From Pyrodictiaceae archaeon (GTDB lineage Archaea > Thermoproteota > Thermoprotei_A > Sulfolobales > Pyrodictiaceae), in NCBI GenBank assembly GCA_027036135.1, contig JALVSY010000007.1, positions 324,880-388,879 on the forward strand: a stretch of 64,000 nucleotides of DNA, read 5' to 3'. This document shows, piece by piece, positions 37,124-46,666 of this stretch. Under the pieces are notes generated by a model. That model ran no database searches. It worked only from the letters and a program-made list of their open reading frames with translations, and had not been told where the DNA came from. Each line of letters opens with the position of its first letter. The stretch's first letter is position 1. Position numbers and translations under genes: made by a program.

Positions 37124-39853
37124 ATGATAATCGAGAGAGTAGAGCTAGAGAATGTTCTAAGCCATAGAAGGAGCGCTATAAGCTTAGGCCGAGGAATCAT
37201 TGCAATCGTGGGCCCTAACGGGGCAGGGAAAACCAGCATAATAGACGCTATCACATACGCACTTTTCGGTACACATAGCCGAGACCCTCGCAGCAAGAAG
37301 GATAGCATAATAAGACTTGGCGCACACTTCGCGAGGATAACCCTCGACTTCACACATAATGGCCGACAGTACCGGGTACAAAAACTCGTATCTAGGCAGG
37401 GAAGAACAGAGACACGCCTCTTCGAGATAAGCAATGGTAAGCCAAAACCAGTGGCAACCACGTCATCGACCGTTTTAGCTGAGTTAAGGAGAATACTTGG
37501 AATAGATCCCTCTGTAGCAGAAAGACTCGTCATCACTAGGCAGGGACAAATAGAGGAGATAATCACTAATAAGGATAAACGCCTTGACATCATAAACAGC
37601 ATTCTGAGGCTTAAGGCAATCGAGAAGGCATATGATAGGTTACCATACATTATACGCTCGCTGCAAAAAACCGTGAAGTATAAGAAGGAGGCTCTTCAAC
37701 GAGAAGAGGAGAGACTTAAACAAATCAAGAAAGACCTTGGAGAGCTAGAAAAGCTTCACAAAGAAGTCGCTGAAGCAAAGAAGCTACTAGAAATACGGGA
37801 AAAGAAGTACAGGGAGCTTAGAGAACAAGTAGATAGACTCAATGAAGAACTTAAGGATGTTGAGAAGAAACTTGCAAGACTCGCCGCTCTCAGAGACGAG
37901 TATGAGAGAACAAGGAAAGAGTTAGAGGAGCTAGAGGAGAAGATAAAGACCCTCGAGAGAGCCAGAGACGAGCTAAAAACTTATGAGAAAAAAGCCTCCT
38001 TAATAGAGGCTAAGAAGAAGCTACTATCACTCCTACGTAGAATAGAGCCCCTTAGAAACGAAGTCAACATCCTTAGCAGAGAGGTTGAGAACCTTCGCAG
38101 AACAGTCGCTGAGAAGGACTCATTAAAGCCATATGTAAGGGAATATGAGCGCCTAGAAGAATTCGTGAAAAACAACTCTGACGTTGAAAGACGATACCAT
38201 CTACTTAATGAAGAGATAAACGAGCTAGAAAGAAAGATAAAGGAAGTAGAGAAAAAGATCGAGCACGAGATAAGGATTGTTAGAGAAAAAGCTAAGAGCA
38301 TACTACCATTTAGTCCTCCTGAAAGCATCAATGAGTTGCTGGAATCCGCTCATAGCTTGCTAGATACTCTTAGAAAGCAGGAAGAGAAGCTCTCGGCAGA
38401 GAAGGAGCGCCTAGCATCAGATGTAGCTGTCTCGGAGAATAGAATAAGAGAGCTAGAAGATAAGCTGGAGAAGCTCAGCACTGCTAGAGGAGTTTGCCCC
38501 CTATGTAATAGACCGCTAAGTGATGAGGAGCGTGTACAGCTAATAATTAAGCTTAGGAGGGAGAAAGAGCAGGCTGATAGAAGGCGAAGAGAAGCCTTTG
38601 GCAAGCTTGTGCAGGTTTCAAAGCAGTTAGAGAAGTTACGCGAAGCAGTAGCGGAGGCCGAGAAGCTTGTACGTGAGGTTGAGGTAGCTGCTAAGACTGT
38701 TCAGAAACTTATGAATGAGTTGGAGGAACACAGGAAAGGGCTGAGAGAGAAAAAGTCCCAGCTTCTAGAGATATACGCTTCTTATAAAGAGTACCAAGAG
38801 GCCAGGGAGCGTTTGGAGAAGCTACAAGAGTATGTTCTTCGCTATAAGTCCCTACTCTATAAGGAATCTGAACTCCATCAATTAGAAAAGGAATTTAACA
38901 TGAAGCAAGAGCAATTGGAAAAAGAGCTAAGAGAGCTGGGAGAGGTCCTTACGGAGCTGCAGCTAAGCGAGCTTCCCGATATAGATGAGCTTGCAAACGA
39001 AATCAATGAGTTTACAGAGAACTTTGCAAAACTAAAGGAGAGAGTAAGGACGCTCGAGATTCTAGAACATCGCCGTGACTATCTAGTCTCGAGGCTTGGT
39101 GATTTCGAGAAGGAACTCAGGGAGCTAAGAGGATTGGAGGAGACTCGTGTGAAGCTGCTAGAATCACTATCGGCTAAGAAGAGGGAATTAGAGGAAATAG
39201 AAGAAGAGCTTACAGGTCTTAGGAGAAGGCTTGCCGAGATAGAGACTAGGATAAAGGTGCTTGAAGAGCGAAGAAAAGAGGCTGCTAGCCTTGAAAAGAG
39301 GATTCAAGAAATGCGACGTATATTGGAGAATTACGAGAAAGCACAAAGAGCACTGGAAAAGATAAAGCGCGCTCTTAGTCCACAAGGGTTGCCTAGGATT
39401 ATACGTGAGGCTGCTAAGCAGCGCTTAGAGCAGAGCCTTACCGAGATGCTTAACGAGTTCAATATAGACTTTGACTACGTGAAGCTAGACGAGGATTACA
39501 ATGTTTACCTAGTTACAAGGAATGGGGAGAAAAGCGTCCAGATGCTTAGCGGTGGAGAGAGAATAGCTCTCGCAATAGCCTATAGGCTTGCCCTTGCAAG
39601 GATTATTGGGGAAAGAGTAGAGTCTATGGTCATGGATGAGCCCACAGTGCACCTTGACGAGGAGAGGAGACGAGAGCTTATCTCTATTATTAAGCAAGGC
39701 TTAGAGGCTACTGGGCTGGCTCAACTAGTAGTTGTAACGCATGAAAGAGAGCTAGAAGAGGCCGCTGATAAAGTAATAGAGGTTAGAAGAGAACGCGATG
39801 AGAGCAGAGTTGTAGAACGCCTACCCTTTGCCTCACAGCTCGTAGAGGCTTAA
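37124..39853 (+). CDS. rad50: DNA double-strand break repair ATPase Rad50
   Basis: GPNGAGKT, Q-loop, CPLC zinc hook, LSGGE, MDEPT, VTH. Confidence 0.95.
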   Translation: MIIERVELENVLSHRRSAISLGRGIIAIVGPNGAGKTSIIDAITYALFGTHSRDPRSKKDSIIRLGAHFARITLDFTHNGRQYRVQKLVSRQGRTETRLFEISNGKPKPVATTSSTVLAELRRILGIDPSVAERLVITRQGQIEEIITNKDKRLDIINSILRLKAIEKAYDRLPYIIRSLQKTVKYKKEALQREEERLKQIKKDLGELEKLHKEVAEAKKLLEIREKKYRELREQVDRLNEELKDVEKKLARLAALRDEYERTRKELEELEEKIKTLERARDELKTYEKKASLIEAKKKLLSLLRRIEPLRNEVNILSREVENLRRTVAEKDSLKPYVREYERLEEFVKNNSDVERRYHLLNEEINELERKIKEVEKKIEHEIRIVREKAKSILPFSPPESINELLESAHSLLDTLRKQEEKLSAEKERLASDVAVSENRIRELEDKLEKLSTARGVCPLCNRPLSDEERVQLIIKLRREKEQADRRRREAFGKLVQVSKQLEKLREAVAEAEKLVREVEVAAKTVQKLMNELEEHRKGLREKKSQLLEIYASYKEYQEARERLEKLQEYVLRYKSLLYKESELHQLEKEFNMKQEQLEKELRELGEVLTELQLSELPDIDELANEINEFTENFAKLKERVRTLEILEHRRDYLVSRLGDFEKELRELRGLEETRVKLLESLSAKKRELEEIEEELTGLRRRLAEIETRIKVLEERRKEAASLEKRIQEMRRILENYEKAQRALEKIKRALSPQGLPRIIREAAKQRLEQSLTEMLNEFNIDFDYVKLDEDYNVYLVTRNGEKSVQMLSGGERIALAIAYRLALARIIGERVESMVMDEPTVHLDEERRRELISIIKQGLEATGLAQLVVVTHERELEEAADKVIEVRRERDESRVVERLPFASQLVEA

Positions 39854-40798
39854 GGGTTCCCAGCACTCGCGACAAAATATGCTTGCTTCCTCCCATCCCC
39901 GGATATCTAGGCTATCCGTGAGCACCGTTTCAAGAACGATTTTTGAATTATTCTGTGTTTTTCTAAGCCTTAGAGGAAGCCCAGCTATAGGGACCTTCCT
40001 TACTAGCAAGTTTTCACGCTTTATAATTGGGTCTACACGACCCGCTTCAGACAAGTGCTTAGCTATCTCTACTACCTGGCTACGGCTTAGCGGGAGCAAT
40101 GAGTAAAGCCTTATGAGGCCTGCTTGTAGCTGTAGCTTAGCTAGTGACCCTGCTTTCTCTCTTAAATAACTAGCATAGTTTATTATAAATGCTGAGTTTC
40201 CGTGCTCATAGCTTAGTTTTTCCTCGCTAAGCCCTAGCTGCTTGCTGCATAACCTTATACCCCTGCTGTGACTATCCCTTGGCAGAATAGGGTATATCGT
40301 TTCGAAGCCCAGAATATCGTCCACAATAACTTCTACTGCATCCACTTGCTCACTTATTGATGATTCTACTAACTGGATTACCCCATAGCCTTCGAGAATT
40401 GTTCTCTTGGTTGATGTTATCACCGTGGCTCCGCGATACTCTAGACCGTAGAGGTCATAATGAGGACTCGTGTCAAGCACCATTATTATATTAGCACGGG
40501 TATAGGGCGGGTACGCGTGTACAAGATTTGCCCTAACCGGCGTCTCTGGTATGATTTCTTCCAGGCGCGGGTACAACATCTCTATCCGCATGTATGGGTC
40601 CTTATTATTAACGATCAAACACTTCTCTGCAGGCTCTGGGCTGGCATGTTCCAGGCTCTTGATTAAACCAGTATTGGCGCAAGTATATAGTTTCTCGCAG
40701 CTTGATTCTATTTCGATCCTTACATTTGTTTCTTGTTTAATGTATACAGCTATATCGCACATACCCACGTTGCTTGCCCTCAATAGTTCTTGATACAT
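39833..40798 (-). CDS. hypothetical protein
   Basis: 321-aa ORF convergent with rad50; no recognisable motif. Confidence 0.55.
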   Translation of the reverse strand: MYQELLRASNVGMCDIAVYIKQETNVRIEIESSCEKLYTCANTGLIKSLEHASPEPAEKCLIVNNKDPYMRIEMLYPRLEEIIPETPVRANLVHAYPPYTRANIIMVLDTSPHYDLYGLEYRGATVITSTKRTILEGYGVIQLVESSISEQVDAVEVIVDDILGFETIYPILPRDSHSRGIRLCSKQLGLSEEKLSYEHGNSAFIINYASYLREKAGSLAKLQLQAGLIRLYSLLPLSRSQVVEIAKHLSEAGRVDPIIKRENLLVRKVPIAGLPLRLRKTQNNSKIVLETVLTDSLDIRGWEEASIFCRECWEPLSLYEL

Positions 40799-40907
40799 GT
40801 GTACAGAAAATAAAGACTAATACATAGTTACTCTTGTTATACTTTTCGTTATTCATAACAGAAAAGCTTTTCATATTGTTCGACAATCCTTGGGCCGGGG
40901 GCTAAGA

Positions 40908-42302
40908 ATGAACGATAAGGGCCTAGAATTATTGAAAAATATTCGATGGCTTGAGCTTCATTTTACCGACTTAGCGGGCTATTTAAGAAGCGTTACTGTT
41001 GCGGCGCACGAGGTTGACAAGAAAGCCCTAGAGAAGGGCATGAATGTTCTTGACGGTAGTAGTGTTGAGGGCTTTACCTCAATTGATGAAAGCGATCTCC
41101 GTCTACGACCAATTATGGATACCCTGGCTATACTCCCTTGGAGAGAGCATGCTGGCAGAGTAATGTCAGAGGTATTCAGAGGCGACTCGAGATATCCTAG
41201 GGATCCTAGATACATAGCTGATAGGGCTTTAGGGCACCTTGATTCCCAGGGCTTAAAGGCGTATTTTGGCCCAGAAGTAGAGTTTATGCTTCTAAGCAAT
41301 GTTAGCTTTGATGTAGAGAACCCTGTTAACGGGCTTTGCTACCGGGTAGGCTCGATAGAGTACCCGGCTAAGGGAGAGAATAAGGGCTTTCAGAGAATCA
41401 AGAAGGCCTATCACACCCCAGAGCCGTTCAACGCAGTCTACGATATTATTAGAGAGATAGCTGAGACCCTTGAGGATAGTTTTGGGTTCCGTGTAGAAGC
41501 ATTTCACCACGAAGTAGCTGCACACGGACAAGCAGAGATTGATTTCCGGTTCGGAGACTTAAGAGAGACTGCTGATAGAGTCATGACTCTGAAGTATGTC
41601 GCACGCAACATAGCCGCTAAACACGGGCTATGGGCAGTCTTTATGCCAAAGCCATTCGCCGGAGACAACGGTAACGGTATGCACACTCATGTCAGCCTAT
41701 GGGATAAGTCTACAAACAAGAACCTATTCTACGACCCAAGCGACGAGTATGCAGAGATAAGCCAGACTGCTCGCTACTTCATAGGAGGACTCATCGAGCA
41801 CGGCAGGGCTGTAGCAGCACTAGTAGCACCAACCGTTAACAGCTATAGGAGACTGGTACCCGGCTATGAGGCCCCCGTATATCTGGTGTGGAGCAAGGCC
41901 AATAGAAGCGCTGCAATAAGAATCCCGAGCTATGGCATCGAGGGAGAGAAAGGAAAGCGTATAGAGTTTAGGCCACCAGACCCCAGCGCTAACCCGTATC
42001 TGGCCTTCGCCGCAATTCTAGCAGCTGGGCTTGACGGCATAAAGAAAAAGATAGAGCCAGGAGACCCGGTTGATAAGAACGTTTATGCAATGTCCGAGGA
42101 AGAGAGGAAGCGACTCGGCATCAAAGAGCTGCCAGGAAGCCTAGAGGAGGCACTAGACGAGCTTGAATCAGACAATGAGTTCCTGAAACCAATATTCACT
42201 AAGGAAGTCATAGAGGGCTTCATTGAGCTCAAGAGAAAAGAAGTACAAGAGTTAAGAGCGTATCCATCAGCAATGGAGGTCTACACATACTTCGCGCTTT
42301 AA
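40908..42302 (+). CDS. glnA: glutamine synthetase type I
   Basis: DGSS, HHEVA, FMPKP..GDNGNGMH, SYRRLVPGYEAP, NRSAAIRIP, RIEFRPPDPSANPYL. Confidence 0.97.
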   Translation: MNDKGLELLKNIRWLELHFTDLAGYLRSVTVAAHEVDKKALEKGMNVLDGSSVEGFTSIDESDLRLRPIMDTLAILPWREHAGRVMSEVFRGDSRYPRDPRYIADRALGHLDSQGLKAYFGPEVEFMLLSNVSFDVENPVNGLCYRVGSIEYPAKGENKGFQRIKKAYHTPEPFNAVYDIIREIAETLEDSFGFRVEAFHHEVAAHGQAEIDFRFGDLRETADRVMTLKYVARNIAAKHGLWAVFMPKPFAGDNGNGMHTHVSLWDKSTNKNLFYDPSDEYAEISQTARYFIGGLIEHGRAVAALVAPTVNSYRRLVPGYEAPVYLVWSKANRSAAIRIPSYGIEGEKGKRIEFRPPDPSANPYLAFAAILAAGLDGIKKKIEPGDPVDKNVYAMSEEERKRLGIKELPGSLEEALDELESDNEFLKPIFTKEVIEGFIELKRKEVQELRAYPSAMEVYTYFAL

Positions 42303-42446
42303 GGGAGACCAGCTCTCTTTTCATGCGGCTCTACTAGAGGCTTCTCCTATTACCTATCAATGTTAATCAATATAGTTTTCACATCCACATCCTTTAGGAA
42401 TAAGCGTAATAAGGATAGGGCATATTGACTATAATCCTTATGGCAA

Positions 42447-42504
42447 GGCTTATGAGGAGGGCCCTGGGCGCAACCGATAAGTGAGGAAAAGGGGATGCCG
42501 AGCC
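42447..42504 (+). ncRNA. C/D box sRNA candidate
   Basis: C ATGAGGA (42452), D' CCGA (42474), C' GTGAGGA (42481), D CCGA (42498); GGC/GCC terminal stem. Confidence 0.65.
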
Positions 42505-42515
42505 GAGGCCCCTAC

Positions 42516-43256
42516 ATGGACCAGTGGCTCAGAACCCTGGATACCGAGAACTCAAAAAGAATAGCCTCCAAGATAGCTTGTTTAGGCATAGCTTTCCACG
42601 CACTATCATACTATGAGGAGGACTGCGGCCATAACGCAGAGGTAAAAATAGACTTGGAGGAGGACTCCATCACCATACTAGATTTCCAAGAATGCTGCAA
42701 CGATAGCATAGAGGCGTTTAGGAGAAGTTTTGGAAAAATAATTGGCGCTCCTTATTATGATTGCCAAATAGGGTGTAGCTCTGACATAGCGTCGACGGGT
42801 GAGAAATATAGCTCGATTACTCAGCACATTACCAGACTCTTCCTATCCGCTTATAGAAGCGTATTAACCCAGTTAGCAATCACTGGTTACGAGTACTTCC
42901 TCATAGTTGGGTGGAACGGGGAAATAGCCTATGGGAGGGGAGGCGAAACCAGGATACACTTACCTCTCATACCTGGTGTCGCTATGGCTCATACCCATCC
43001 AAGCCCCTTCTGCTACCCATCAGGACATGACCTTAGGTCTTCAGCAGATTTCTTTTCAAGCGGAGGCCTTGTTGAGGTAATCGTCTCATCTAATTGTGCA
43101 GCTGTGATCAGATTAACTAGACCGCTTAGCGAGGATGATTATTGGAAACTAATAGAGCTTAGTGAGAAAGCGAAAAAGTCCAGAGACTATGAGAACTATC
43201 TTAGTGTTCTTAACGAGGTACCTAAGCTCTCCTCAATCGCATTCGAGGTATTTTAG
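42516..43256 (+). CDS. hypothetical protein with a JAB/MPN-like motif
   Basis: E...AHTHPSPFCYPSGHD matches HxH-x7-S-xx-D. Confidence 0.65.
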   Translation: MDQWLRTLDTENSKRIASKIACLGIAFHALSYYEEDCGHNAEVKIDLEEDSITILDFQECCNDSIEAFRRSFGKIIGAPYYDCQIGCSSDIASTGEKYSSITQHITRLFLSAYRSVLTQLAITGYEYFLIVGWNGEIAYGRGGETRIHLPLIPGVAMAHTHPSPFCYPSGHDLRSSADFFSSGGLVEVIVSSNCAAVIRLTRPLSEDDYWKLIELSEKAKKSRDYENYLSVLNEVPKLSSIAFEVF

Positions 43257-43280
43257 GGACCTCATATTTCTCTAAATAAT

Positions 43281-43356
43281 GGATGTGCTGACGTGGACCG
43301 GAACTGAGGATACAAACTACTTAGTTATGATGAGGCTTCGGGCGCTGCTGAGACCC
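43281..43356 (+). ncRNA. C/D box sRNA
   Basis: C GTGCTGA (43285), D' CTGA (43304), C' ATGATGA (43327), D CTGA (43348); 12-14 nt guides. Confidence 0.75.
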
Positions 43357-43383
43357 CTCAATAATTCTTGTCTCGATAAAGTC

Positions 43384-44664
43384 CTAGGATAGGCTATTTA
43401 GGTACCTCATCACCCAGGGTAGTAGCTCCCATCCATGATCTAGTCTTGCCTTAGCCCTCTCATTGCAGACTACTTCGCTGAACTTGCCCAAGCTCTCCTT
43501 TATTGCCACGCTGCTTAGCATCCAGGGCACGGGGTCGCCGCTATGGCTCTTGAGGCTCCAAGGTGTCGCGTGATCCGATGTTACTAGTATTGCGATTTCC
43601 TCAAGCTCTATTCTCTTGAGAAGCGGCTGAACAAAGTACTCATCAATTAGTTCTATGGCTCTCTTTTTCCTCTCGAAATCACCGTCATGGCCTGGTTCAT
43701 CGGGTCCTTTTAAGTGGACATAAACAAAGTCGTTCTCCTTCAGCGCCTCCACGGTTCTTTCTAGGCGATCAGGCAAGTCTTTCTCGAGATTACCCGTGGG
43801 AGGGTTTACAGCATATATCTTCATTCCCGCTGCTCTAGCTATTCCAATCTCTACTGGCATCTCTGCTATAGCTGCCGCGGAGGCTACTCCAAGGACGCTC
43901 GTTATTGGAGGCATTCTCGGCATTTTATCTCCGGCATCGCGTAAGAGTATAGCATTTGCTTTTAGAAGGCCTCTCTTTTCTCTCTCCTTATTTATTTCGT
44001 GTTCTTCGAGTATCTGGATAGCTTTATCGATAAACTCGTCTACGAGCAAGCAGGTATTCCTCGCCTCCTGTGTATCGACTAGTGGTTCGCAACGTGGAAG
44101 CCTCATGTCAGGATTACGTATTGCTACTGATACCTTGCCTTTTCTTATATAAGCGGGGTCGATGTTCTGGACCTCGGCACTTAGCTTCCTAGTCTTACTC
44201 CCTATAATGACTACTGCTCGGTGCCCTATGGTTGCCCTTACTACTGCATAGCCGTCTAGACCGAGTCTCATACCATCGAGGCTCTTAGCTAGTTCATGGG
44301 CCTCTTGGCTTGTCAAGCTCCGACCGACTCGTCTATCTATTATGCGCCTAGTAACCGGGTCTATTGTGGCGAAGTTTGCCCTAAAGGCTACCTCGTGGCC
44401 CTCCTTAATGCTAAGACCTATGCCTAGTGCCTCTAGAGGACCACGCCCAGTGTAGTACTTTTCAGGATTATATCCAAGCAGGGATATGGTTGCAAGATCG
44501 CTCTCAGGAGCCACGCCCGGCTCTACTGGGTAATGGAACCCGCATACGGCGTGTTCGGCGAGAAGGTCTAGCCCCGGAGTATTAGCCTCACTTAGCGGCG
44601 TCTTACCATTAACTGGTTTATCGGCTGCTCCATCTAGTATGAGGAATAAGAGTTTTTGCCTCAA
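43384..44664 (-). CDS. apgM: 2,3-bisphosphoglycerate-independent phosphoglycerate mutase (archaeal type)
   Basis: ILDGAAD, KTPL, PESD, YTGRGPLEALG, HLKGPDEPGHDG, TSDHATP, HSGDPVP. Confidence 0.93.
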   Translation of the reverse strand: MRQKLLFLILDGAADKPVNGKTPLSEANTPGLDLLAEHAVCGFHYPVEPGVAPESDLATISLLGYNPEKYYTGRGPLEALGIGLSIKEGHEVAFRANFATIDPVTRRIIDRRVGRSLTSQEAHELAKSLDGMRLGLDGYAVVRATIGHRAVVIIGSKTRKLSAEVQNIDPAYIRKGKVSVAIRNPDMRLPRCEPLVDTQEARNTCLLVDEFIDKAIQILEEHEINKEREKRGLLKANAILLRDAGDKMPRMPPITSVLGVASAAAIAEMPVEIGIARAAGMKIYAVNPPTGNLEKDLPDRLERTVEALKENDFVYVHLKGPDEPGHDGDFERKKRAIELIDEYFVQPLLKRIELEEIAILVTSDHATPWSLKSHSGDPVPWMLSSVAIKESLGKFSEVVCNERAKARLDHGWELLPWVMRYLNSLS

Positions 44665-45383
44665 GAGCTACTCCCTTCTCCTTGCTCCTCTCTGCTCCTA
44701 TTTCCTTGTTTCTCTAAGAGGCTAAGGGCTTTCTCAAAAGCCATTGATACAGCATCCTCGTATACTAGAACCTCCCGTGATAACTCTCTTACATAATCTA
44801 GGAGGACCCTAAGTTTCTTCTCAGCTATTTTCCTCAACTCCTCGAAACACATGAGTCTAGGCAACTTAACAAGCTTATCCCATACATGAGCTAGTGTATC
44901 GGTAACCAAGCGGCCCCGCATTGACGAAGTCTCTATGAGGCGATAGACTCCGATAGCCCCAAGCGCGTCTAGTTTATCTGCATCGCTTAGGATGCATGCC
45001 TCTAGAGTGGATGGCTTCTTGCCCAGGCTAAAGCTATGCTCTAAAATCATATCCCTTATCTTAGTCGACTTGGCACCCCTAATGCCTATTTCCGATAGAA
45101 TGCCTTGAGCAAGTTCTGCACTGATTATAGCATGGTGCACGCCTAAGTAATCCTCAAGTCCTCTTCCTATATCATGTAGCAATGTAGCTAGTACTAATGA
45201 CTCCTCATCAATATCTGTTCTCCCTAGTCTCTCTAATAATGAATACACATTACATAAGACCCTTACTGTATGAGGAAGGCCATGCGACTCATCAATGCCT
45301 TGCAGCATTATTACATATAACAATATTTTCTCGCACCACCAATACTTATTACAGACGTATCGAAGCACCTCACTGCAGTTCAT
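44661..45383 (-). CDS. HD-domain phosphohydrolase
   Basis: SHGLPHTVRV, LLHDIG, HA, EHSFS, DADKLDALGAIG; ATG at 45383 after GGGGAG. Confidence 0.88.
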   Translation of the reverse strand: MNCSEVLRYVCNKYWWCEKILLYVIMLQGIDESHGLPHTVRVLCNVYSLLERLGRTDIDEESLVLATLLHDIGRGLEDYLGVHHAIISAELAQGILSEIGIRGAKSTKIRDMILEHSFSLGKKPSTLEACILSDADKLDALGAIGVYRLIETSSMRGRLVTDTLAHVWDKLVKLPRLMCFEELRKIAEKKLRVLLDYVRELSREVLVYEDAVSMAFEKALSLLEKQGNRSREEQGEGSSS

Positions 45384-45389
45384 GCTATC

Positions 45390-45469
45390 TCCCCGGTGAA
45401 GAGTTCCGGCGGAACTGATACATCGAGGCCCTACGACCAAGGTGATGATCTCTTCGCTGTCCTGAGGGA
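45390..45469 (+). ncRNA. C/D box sRNA
   Basis: C GTGAAGA (45396), D' CTGA (45415), C' GTGATGA (45442), D CTGA (45462); TCCC/GGGA terminal stem. Confidence 0.82.
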
Positions 45470-45483
45470 TTACTTGCTCTCTA

Positions 45484-46125
45484 TTAGACTATTACGCCTA
45501 TAAACGCGAAGAAAATTACGGCTGCTAAGCCTATTAGCGCTAATCTTAGTCCGCTGATTAGCTTATTCTCGCCACTTATATGGCCGAGATAGACTCCGAG
45601 CATAAATAACTCTGCAAGGATTATTGATGTAGAGATGTATACAAGGCTTCTAATAGATATATTTAATCCAACACTCTCTTTAATTATGAATGGGAGAATT
45701 GCTACTAGAGGTAACACTACTGCACCAAATCCGCTCCACATAGCGACATAGAGTGGCACTAGCCGTGCCGCCTTCTCATATATGCTTCCTCTTAGCGAAT
45801 GGAGCATAGCTTTTTCTGTTTCGTGTAACTCGCGTAAACGCTCCGCACGCTCAGACATATAGGTGGCGATAAACCCGCTAAATAATCCCATAGCAAAAGC
45901 TGCTCCAGCAACACCACCGATATAGTTTGTCGGATTAGATGCCCCGCTAATATAGCTGCCAAGTATAACACCTAGACTAGAGAGTAAGCCGTCAAAACTA
46001 TTCGTTACAAACATGCGCCTAGCAATGCTTTTTGCCTCAAGTATCCTAACATAAGTACCTATATTCCGCATATTCTTTAGGAAATCAACAATCTTTCCAA
46101 TAAAGGTTCTCAACTCTTCGTGCAT
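45484..46125 (-). CDS. VIT1/CCC1-like (TIGR00267) membrane protein
   Basis: ARRMFVTNSFDG, YMSERAE, LGVYLG; about 5 TM helices. Confidence 0.82.
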   Translation of the reverse strand: MHEELRTFIGKIVDFLKNMRNIGTYVRILEAKSIARRMFVTNSFDGLLSSLGVILGSYISGASNPTNYIGGVAGAAFAMGLFSGFIATYMSERAERLRELHETEKAMLHSLRGSIYEKAARLVPLYVAMWSGFGAVVLPLVAILPFIIKESVGLNISIRSLVYISTSIILAELFMLGVYLGHISGENKLISGLRLALIGLAAVIFFAFIGVIV

Positions 46126-46216
46126 CCTCCAGGCAATCCCTTAGGAGAAGCCACGGAGGGCCCCTAGGAGGTTTTGAAGTTAGAGCACGGCAAGGGGTAT
46201 CGGTTAAAAATAGTGT

Positions 46217-46456
46217 TTAGGTTTCCTCCTTAACTGGTACTGCTACCTTAACATACTCCTCTTTCTCGATTATTATCTTGCCAGCGCCGTCACGCTTTAC
46301 TACTATTGTTAGGTCGTTTTCTCTATAGCCGCAGCGCGGGCATCTATAATAATAACGAATCCTCTTTGCACCATTCTCGCCGAATTCTATTTCCACTCTG
46401 TACTCCATCTTTGTACCACAGCGAGGACAGACTACTTCGCCGTTTACCCTCGGCAT
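46217..46456 (-). CDS. small zinc-ribbon protein
   Basis: CPRCG...YRCPRCGY. Confidence 0.75.
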   Translation of the reverse strand: MPRVNGEVVCPRCGTKMEYRVEIEFGENGAKRIRYYYRCPRCGYRENDLTIVVKRDGAGKIIIEKEEYVKVAVPVKEET

Positions 46457-46666
46457 CTTAAGGTCACCTACTTATCGAGGCCCAGGGCTGTGTCGCTGCT
46501 GACCCCGCTTGACTACCTCTAGTACCATGTTTAGATTCGTAGAAGCTACTGCTTAATATGGTAATGCTCTTATCCCGGTTCCAGTGTTAATGAAACTTGT
46601 AGCGTAAGAGCTGGGTATTATAGATATAGGTGCGTGTGGATAGGTATGTAATCCGGTGGCAATACG

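Noticed and set aside
37600-39400. Repetitive GAG/AAG/CTA-rich sequence
   Set aside because: Rad50 coiled-coil codon usage, not a DNA repeat.
46578-46600. ORB-like GTTCCAGTG (also TGCAGAGGAA at 61191)
   Set aside because: Single partial matches without the full dyad or G-string; no cdc6/orc1 nearby.
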